In this document: piece after piece, positions 58,484 through 64,000 of the stretch
Position numbering within the stretch: the stretch's first letter is position 1
Layout: each line of letters starts with the position of its first letter
Assembly (NCBI GenBank): GCA_964626065.1
Contig: CAZVDE010000002.1
Coordinates: forward strand, 26,032 to 90,031
Source of the DNA: an uncultured Clostridiaceae bacterium
GTDB taxonomy: Bacteria > Bacillota > Limnochordia > Darwinibacteriales > Darwinibacteriaceae
Direction of reading: 5' to 3'
DNA: 64,000 nucleotides
Notes under the pieces: generated by a model
Database searches by the model: none
Told to the model about the DNA's origin: nothing
What the model saw: the letters and a program-made list of their open reading frames with translations, nothing else
Position numbers and translations under genes: made by a program

Positions 58484-59502
58484 TGATGGGCCCGGAGGCC
58501 TTGCCGCCACAGCAGATACCCCCCTTTAGAAATGGGCAGGTCGTATTCGCCCACATACTCCTCCAGCTGCGCCCCGAACCCCTCCTTGAAGCGATACAGC
58601 CCGTACAGGGGATGTTCCGGATCGAGGTTGCCCGATACTCCGCGAAAATCATAGATTCGACAGCCCAGGCTTTTCGCGAACTGAATCATTTCCCATTGAA
58701 TCAGGCTTGATGCCTGCAGGTTGCGGTTTTCGCTGCTGGAGGCGCCATACACATACCAGGCCCGCCTGCCCAATGTAAAGAGGATGGCGCCTGCCAGGGC
58801 AGTGCGCTCGTGAAAAGCCAGAAAATAATGGGCCAGTTTATGCTCAACAAGTTCTTCCCAGAGCGTATGAAAATACGCCGGGGGGCGGACGGTGAAACGG
58901 TCCCGCTCCGCCGTCTCCTGCAGCAGCAGATAAAAATCATCCACTTGAGCCCTATCTTTGACCCGAAACACCGAAACGTCCTTGCGCATCGCATAACGGA
59001 CGTTATAGCGCGTTTTGCTCTTCATCTGCATCAGCAGACTCTCCGCCGAGGGGCCCAAATCCAAAGTCATGACAAAGCGCGGCTGCGTTCCGCCAAAGTC
59101 AAGGCCGGTATCTAGGCGGATTAGGTTGTTTTGCGCCGCCAGTCCGGGCCAAGCGGTGTCACCACTGTCAATGGCCGGATCCATTTTCCATGCTAACGCC
59201 TTTTTGCGGCGGCATAACCGCGCCCCCTCTTGCAGTAGGGCCTCCAAGGCTGCCGGCGTAGAATAAAGTGGGCCCCTGGGCGAATAGGCAATCGTGGCGG
59301 GTAAGGGGGCAAGTTTTTTGTACAATATTAAGGCGGCGGCCTGTATCCTGCCCGAATCCTGCACGGCCAGGGGAAAATAATTCCACCCGTGGCTCGCCTT
59401 AAGCCGCCCCCAGTGCGTAGTCTGCAGCACATCTCCTAGGGGGTGGGCAGCCACGTAGTGATTGAAGAGGTTTTCACGCTCGAAGAAAAGCTTAGCTTCC
59501 AT
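58453..59502 (-). CDS. FemAB-family peptidoglycan aminoacyl-transferase (tRNA-dependent) family protein
   Basis: FemAB/FemX-like N- and C-halves. Start at ATG 59500-59502 after AAAGGAGG. Overlaps alr by about 30 nt. Confidence 0.7.
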   Translation of the reverse strand: MEAKLFFERENLFNHYVAAHPLGDVLQTTHWGRLKASHGWNYFPLAVQDSGRIQAAALILYKKLAPLPATIAYSPRGPLYSTPAALEALLQEGARLCRRKKALAWKMDPAIDSGDTAWPGLAAQNNLIRLDTGLDFGGTQPRFVMTLDLGPSAESLLMQMKSKTRYNVRYAMRKDVSVFRVKDRAQVDDFYLLLQETAERDRFTVRPPAYFHTLWEELVEHKLAHYFLAFHERTALAGAILFTLGRRAWYVYGASSSENRNLQASSLIQWEMIQFAKSLGCRIYDFRGVSGNLDPEHPLYGLYRFKEGFGAQLEEYVGEYDLPISKGGYLLWRQGLRAHQWMRSFKRPG

Positions 59503-59589
59503 GATCGGCCTCCTTTTTACTACCATATTCAGTATATGTACTAATTAGCGCCGTCAATACGTATTTATTCTTAGGGAAGGGGGAGAGGG

Positions 59590-60738
59590 ATGCGCCGCTT
59601 TACTGTTTTGCTTTGCTTTGTCGTTTTGTCTGTCTTAGGTTTCCCCTCTGTTTTGGAGGCCTTGACACCCGTTCCGGAGCTGAGCGCTATCGCCTATGTA
59701 TTATATGATGGAGACTATGATTATTTAATTGCCTCCAAAAATGCTGAGCAAAAGCGCTCGATTGCTAGTTTGACCAAGATCATGACACTGCTGTGCGCAA
59801 TTGATTTGGTGGAACGGGGCGAACTTAAACTTGACGCCATCATTACTGCCAGCGCTAAAGCGGCCAGCCGGGACGGTACCCAGATCAGGCTGCGCGCCGG
59901 GGATCGTTTTACGTTAGAAGAACTGCTTTATGCCACAGCCTTGGTCTCCGCCAACGATGCCGCGGTGGCGCTGGCGGAATATGTGGCCGGTTCGGAAGCG
60001 CAGTTTTGCCGGTTGATGAATGAAAAGGCAAAACAGCTGGGCCTAGAGGATACCAACTACGTGGACTGCACAGGCCTGCTTTCCATTTTCAGCAACAACT
60101 ATTCCACAGCGCTGGATCAGGCCCGGCTGCTGCAGATTGCTTTGGGCTCCGATCTATTTCGCCGCATTATTTCTACGGCCGAATACGATCTGAAGGCGCA
60201 GGGCCGCAAAATCGTCAACACCCATCCTTTGTTGGGCCAATCGGGGGTGGAAGGGGGTAAAACGGGTGCTACCACACCGGCGGGCCACACGCTAGCAACT
60301 TCCGTACTGCATCAAGAGCGGCGCTTGATTTCGGTTATCCTCGGGGCGCGCAGCAGGGATGTACGCAACCAAGAAGCAAGCCTGCTCCACGAGTGGGCAC
60401 AAGAAAACCTGGTTGGTTTGATTTCCAAGGAGCAGATACTTACGCCCGTTTTGGTTCCCGATGGAGTTGAACATGAAATCAACGGGGTTTTGGCAGCTGA
60501 CTTTTCCATTGTGGCTGTGCAGGAGAGTGATTTGGACTTTAAAACTAAAGTTAAACTTCTGCCCGGCCTGCGGGCGCCCGTTGAGCGCGGTGACAAAGTG
60601 GGCGAACTCATTGTCTACAGGGAAAATCGAGAATTTACCCGCCTAGACATTGTGGCTCGCCAGGGCACGGGCCTGGCCTCCTGGCTGAGGCGTGTTTTTA
60701 ATCTCTTCATTCATTTTTTCAAAAAGTTAGGCAGGTGA
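59590..60738 (+). CDS. D-alanyl-D-alanine carboxypeptidase (S11, DacB/PBP5-like)
   Basis: Signal peptide, SLTK (SxxK), SAND (SxN) and KTG motifs. Confidence 0.85.
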   Translation: MRRFTVLLCFVVLSVLGFPSVLEALTPVPELSAIAYVLYDGDYDYLIASKNAEQKRSIASLTKIMTLLCAIDLVERGELKLDAIITASAKAASRDGTQIRLRAGDRFTLEELLYATALVSANDAAVALAEYVAGSEAQFCRLMNEKAKQLGLEDTNYVDCTGLLSIFSNNYSTALDQARLLQIALGSDLFRRIISTAEYDLKAQGRKIVNTHPLLGQSGVEGGKTGATTPAGHTLATSVLHQERRLISVILGARSRDVRNQEASLLHEWAQENLVGLISKEQILTPVLVPDGVEHEINGVLAADFSIVAVQESDLDFKTKVKLLPGLRAPVERGDKVGELIVYRENREFTRLDIVARQGTGLASWLRRVFNLFIHFFKKLGR

Positions 60739-60742
60739 TGGG

Positions 60743-62674
60743 ATGGCCAGTTTTTCCGAATTTCGTATTCAACGCCGGGTGCTTTTTCTGCTGCTGACCA
60801 TTTTAATCGGCGCGGTGTTTCTCTTGGGCCGCTTAGCCTACGTCCAGCTTTGGCGCAATGATTTTTTTCAAAGTAAAGCGGTAGAACAGCGCCTGCAGAA
60901 GATCCCCATAGAGGGCCCGCGGGGTGCGATCTACGATCGCAACGGCATTCCTTTAGCAATCAGCGTTAGTTCCAATACGGTTTATGCCATTCCGGTCGAG
61001 GTGGAAGATGTGGCGGCGACGGCGCAGCAGTTGGCGTCCATTTTAGGGCTGGAAGAACAGTACCTGCGCGAGCGCTTAAGTAAACGATCATCCGTGGAGT
61101 GGCTGCAGAAAAAGATTTCTGATGCGCAGGCCCGCAAGATCATTGCTCTCGATCTGTCCGGGGTGGGGGTTGTACCCACCTCCAGCCGCATCTACCCTTA
61201 CGGTTCCATCGCGCCGCAGGTTCTTGGTTTTGTGGGCATCGACAATCAGGGCTTGGAGGGTTTGGAGCTTTATTACGACCGCTATTTAAGAGGCAAACCG
61301 GGGGCGGCTGTCTTTGAGCGCGATGCTCACGGGCGGGCTTTAGAAGAAGGGGTAAGGGGTTATCTGCCGGGCGATAAGGGCGACGACCTTGTTTTAACGC
61401 TGGACTTTTTCGTGCAGCGCATGGCGGAAGAAGAGGTCCGCCGGGCCACTTCAGAAACGGGATCGCGCTTGGGACTGATAGTGATTACTGAACCTAGGAC
61501 GGGAGAGATATTGGCCAACGCGATTTACCCCACTTTCGAGATTGACAATTTTTCGGACTACCCCGTGGAGAACCGCAGAAATGTTGCGGTTACGGATACT
61601 TACGAACCCGGTTCCACATTCAAGGCGGTGACGGCCGCGATTGCTCTAAACGAGGGGGTGGCCAGCCTGCGTTCGGGGTTTTTTGATCCCGGCTACATTC
61701 GGGTCTCGGGCTGGACGATCCGCTGCTGGAACAGGGGTGGGCACGGCTCACAGTCTTTTGCGGAGACGATGCAGAACTCATGCAACCCCTATTACTGCAA
61801 GTTGGCCATTGATTTGGGGGATCAGCGTTTCTATGACGGGCTCACAAGCTTCAACCTCGGTTATAAAATGGGGGTTGATTTTCCGGGTGAACGGGCAGGC
61901 ACCCTTAGGGCCCCATCTGCAAACCTGCCCCTGGTAACGTGGGCCAATATCGGCTTCGGGCAAGGACTGACCGTAACCCCCCTACACTTGATTGCGGGGT
62001 TTGGGGCGATAGCCAATGACGGTATTTTTTCGGTGCCCCACTATGTGCAGGAGATCGTAACGGAAGAAGGAAGTTTCCCCCCCGATATCCCGGGCCAGCG
62101 TCAGATTATCGGCCAAGAGGCGGCTAACACAACTGCCTATGTGCTGCGTACCGCGATCTCGGAGGGCACGGGCAAGCATGCGGAAATTCCCGGCTATCAG
62201 GTGGCGGGAAAGACCGGGACTGCCCAATTGGTTGAACACGGCCGTTATTCGCACTCTAAAATGGTAACTTCTTTTGCGGCCTTTGCCCCCTACGACGATC
62301 CGGAAGTGGCTGTGCTGTTAGTGCTGTGGGAACCGCAGGGTGCTTTTTACGGCGGTGTGATTGCCACCCCTGTTTTTGCCCGCTTGGGAGCGAAGGTCCT
62401 ACCCTATCTAAATGTGAAGCGGAGGGAAGAGGAAGTGAAAGACGGTCTCAGGTTAACCGCAGTACCCGATGCGGGGGGCCTTTCGCCGGCAGATGCAGAG
62501 GCTTTACTGCGCCGGTTTGGCTTTAAGGTGGGGGTAGTGGGCGACGGCACGCGGATTATAGGCCAGGTACCCGCACCGGGTGCCAAGGTGGAGGAAGGGA
62601 CGTTAGTCTATATTTATACTGATGTGGACTATCTTCCGGCAACAAGTGAGCAGCCTAACCCCTGCGGCGCGTAG
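60743..62674 (+). CDS. spoVD: Class B penicillin-binding protein with C-terminal PASTA domain (SpoVD-like)
   Basis: N-terminal anchor, dimerisation domain, transpeptidase STFK/SxN/KTG motifs, single C-terminal PASTA. About 643 aa, as in SpoVD. The symbol is tentative; the protein could be PBP2B-like. Confidence 0.75.
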   Translation: MASFSEFRIQRRVLFLLLTILIGAVFLLGRLAYVQLWRNDFFQSKAVEQRLQKIPIEGPRGAIYDRNGIPLAISVSSNTVYAIPVEVEDVAATAQQLASILGLEEQYLRERLSKRSSVEWLQKKISDAQARKIIALDLSGVGVVPTSSRIYPYGSIAPQVLGFVGIDNQGLEGLELYYDRYLRGKPGAAVFERDAHGRALEEGVRGYLPGDKGDDLVLTLDFFVQRMAEEEVRRATSETGSRLGLIVITEPRTGEILANAIYPTFEIDNFSDYPVENRRNVAVTDTYEPGSTFKAVTAAIALNEGVASLRSGFFDPGYIRVSGWTIRCWNRGGHGSQSFAETMQNSCNPYYCKLAIDLGDQRFYDGLTSFNLGYKMGVDFPGERAGTLRAPSANLPLVTWANIGFGQGLTVTPLHLIAGFGAIANDGIFSVPHYVQEIVTEEGSFPPDIPGQRQIIGQEAANTTAYVLRTAISEGTGKHAEIPGYQVAGKTGTAQLVEHGRYSHSKMVTSFAAFAPYDDPEVAVLLVLWEPQGAFYGGVIATPVFARLGAKVLPYLNVKRREEEVKDGLRLTAVPDAGGLSPADAEALLRRFGFKVGVVGDGTRIIGQVPAPGAKVEEGTLVYIYTDVDYLPATSEQPNPCGA

Positions 62675-62740
62675 TTTAAGACAGGGAATCTCATTTCCGC
62701 GGAGAATAAACTAGCAATACCATGATCGAGGGGGTTTGCG

Positions 62741-64000
62741 ATGCTGCCGTTTCTATTAATTTTCGTTCCCATTATTGGTGGAGTGCTCACTGCGTTTTTA
62801 AAGTTAGAAGATCGCCTCAGGGACCGGTTCGTGCTGGCGGTAACCGCGGTGACCGGGTTGTTGGGCCTGTTTTTATTCGGATTTTTGCGGGAAACGGGAG
62901 TTGTGGTTTTGGAGTTTCCACGGCTGCTGCCGCCCTTTGGGGTCTCGTTTCGCATTGACTGGCTGAGCGTTATTTTGGTGACGATCTCCAGCGCCATTTG
63001 GCTTTTGGTGACGATTTATTCTTTTGATTACATCAAACCGTCTAAGCACATCAACCGCTATCACGCTTTCACCCTCATTTGCTACGGGGCAATTTTGGGT
63101 ACGCTCTTGGCCGGTGATCTGCTGACTCTTTTCTTATTTTTTGAACTGATGTCCTTCGCCTCTTATGTACTGGTGATTCACGAAGGTGATGACCGGGCAA
63201 TGCGGGCCGGGTTCTTATACCTGATCATGACGATCGGCGGAGGCCTTGCTTTTCTCTTCGGCGTGCTGGCAGTGTATCAATTGGCCGGGACGGTGACCAT
63301 GACGGCCGGAGGATTTTTGGCCGATTCGGGCGGACTGAGCCTAGGTGCCTTTTTTGGGTTTTTAATCGGGTTTGGCATGAAGGCGGGTATGTTTCCGCTC
63401 CATGTCTGGCTGCCCGAGGCCCACCCCGTTGCCCCTTCGCCCTCGAGTGCTCTGCTCTCGGGCGTGATGCTTAAAGTGGGGGCTTTTGGGCTGCTTCGGG
63501 TGATCTTTAACGTCTACCAATTTGAATTTTTGGCTGAGGTTGGCTGGATCAACTATCTGCTGGTGGGCGCAATTTTGACTATAATTCTAGGCTCTGTTTT
63601 CGCGATCATGCAGAAAAGCCTCAAACGCAGGTTGGCCTATTCCAGCGTGGCCCAGATGGGTTACATTCTGTTGGGCATGGCGCTCTTATCGGAACGGGCG
63701 TTAGTGGGCGATGTCTTTCATATCTTCACCCATGCGATTATGAAATCATGCCTCTTTTTAGTTTCCGGTTCCATGATTTTGCTGACCGGAAAAACGGAAG
63801 TGGATGATTTCAAGGGGATCGGTCGGCGCATGCCCATTTCCATGGCCTGTTTTACGATGGCCTCCCTCTCAATGATCGGCATCCCCCCTTTTAACGGCTT
63901 TTTGAGTAAGTGGTTTTTGGGCCTGGGTGCCTTAGAGGTCAATCAGCCCTTTTCAGCCCTTGTGCTGCTCGTATCCAGCCTGCTGAACGCGGTCTATTAT
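62741..64000 (+). CDS. Proton-conducting membrane transporter subunit (NuoN / MrpD / hydrogenase-4 component family), 5' partial; the gene continues beyond the window end
   Basis: Open frame from ATG 62741 to the window end. Polytopic membrane protein; the HVWLPEAHPVAPSPSSALLSG region resembles the conserved NuoL/M/N block. Confidence 0.7.
   Translation, partial: MLPFLLIFVPIIGGVLTAFLKLEDRLRDRFVLAVTAVTGLLGLFLFGFLRETGVVVLEFPRLLPPFGVSFRIDWLSVILVTISSAIWLLVTIYSFDYIKPSKHINRYHAFTLICYGAILGTLLAGDLLTLFLFFELMSFASYVLVIHEGDDRAMRAGFLYLIMTIGGGLAFLFGVLAVYQLAGTVTMTAGGFLADSGGLSLGAFFGFLIGFGMKAGMFPLHVWLPEAHPVAPSPSSALLSGVMLKVGAFGLLRVIFNVYQFEFLAEVGWINYLLVGAILTIILGSVFAIMQKSLKRRLAYSSVAQMGYILLGMALLSERALVGDVFHIFTHAIMKSCLFLVSGSMILLTGKTEVDDFKGIGRRMPISMACFTMASLSMIGIPPFNGFLSKWFLGLGALEVNQPFSALVLLVSSLLNAVYY

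Overview
This 64-kb window is a chromosomal segment from a moderately GC-rich, anaerobic, endospore-forming Firmicute (Clostridia-like). The taxon call rests on a gerA-type germination operon (GerAA/GerAC/GerAB), SpoVD-like PBP, DacB-like DD-carboxypeptidase, a FemAB-family protein, a sigma-D-type flagellar promoter, RnfCDGEAB-ApbE-TrxB, an Fe-dependent alcohol dehydrogenase and a B12-binding radical SAM protein. About 70 genes are tightly packed on both strands. I found no rRNA, tRNA, CRISPR array, transposase or integrase. Most genes are transport, signalling or housekeeping. Four regions stand out. (i) At 26.2-33.5 kb there is a co-directional cluster with short gaps or overlaps: a TetR regulator, a peptide-type ABC importer with no cognate ATPase genes, an ABC-2 exporter and a stand-alone Cas4-like Fe-S PD-(D/E)XK nuclease. 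(ii) At 37.8-42.3 kb a ThrE-type pair is translationally coupled to a TGS/ThrRS-N::uridine-kinase fusion and a B12-binding radical SAM enzyme. (iii) At 43.8-47.6 kb an envelope cluster holds an M48::beta-propeller protease, a LolA-like secreted protein and a beta-rich secreted protein ending in an OMP-like C-terminal aromatic motif, which hints at a diderm envelope. (iv) c-di-GMP circuitry (a degenerate-GGDEF/EAL sensor, an HD-GYP protein and a ComFB-like protein) lies around an orphan fliD driven by a textbook sigma-D promoter. All calls are from reading the sequence; no database search was possible.
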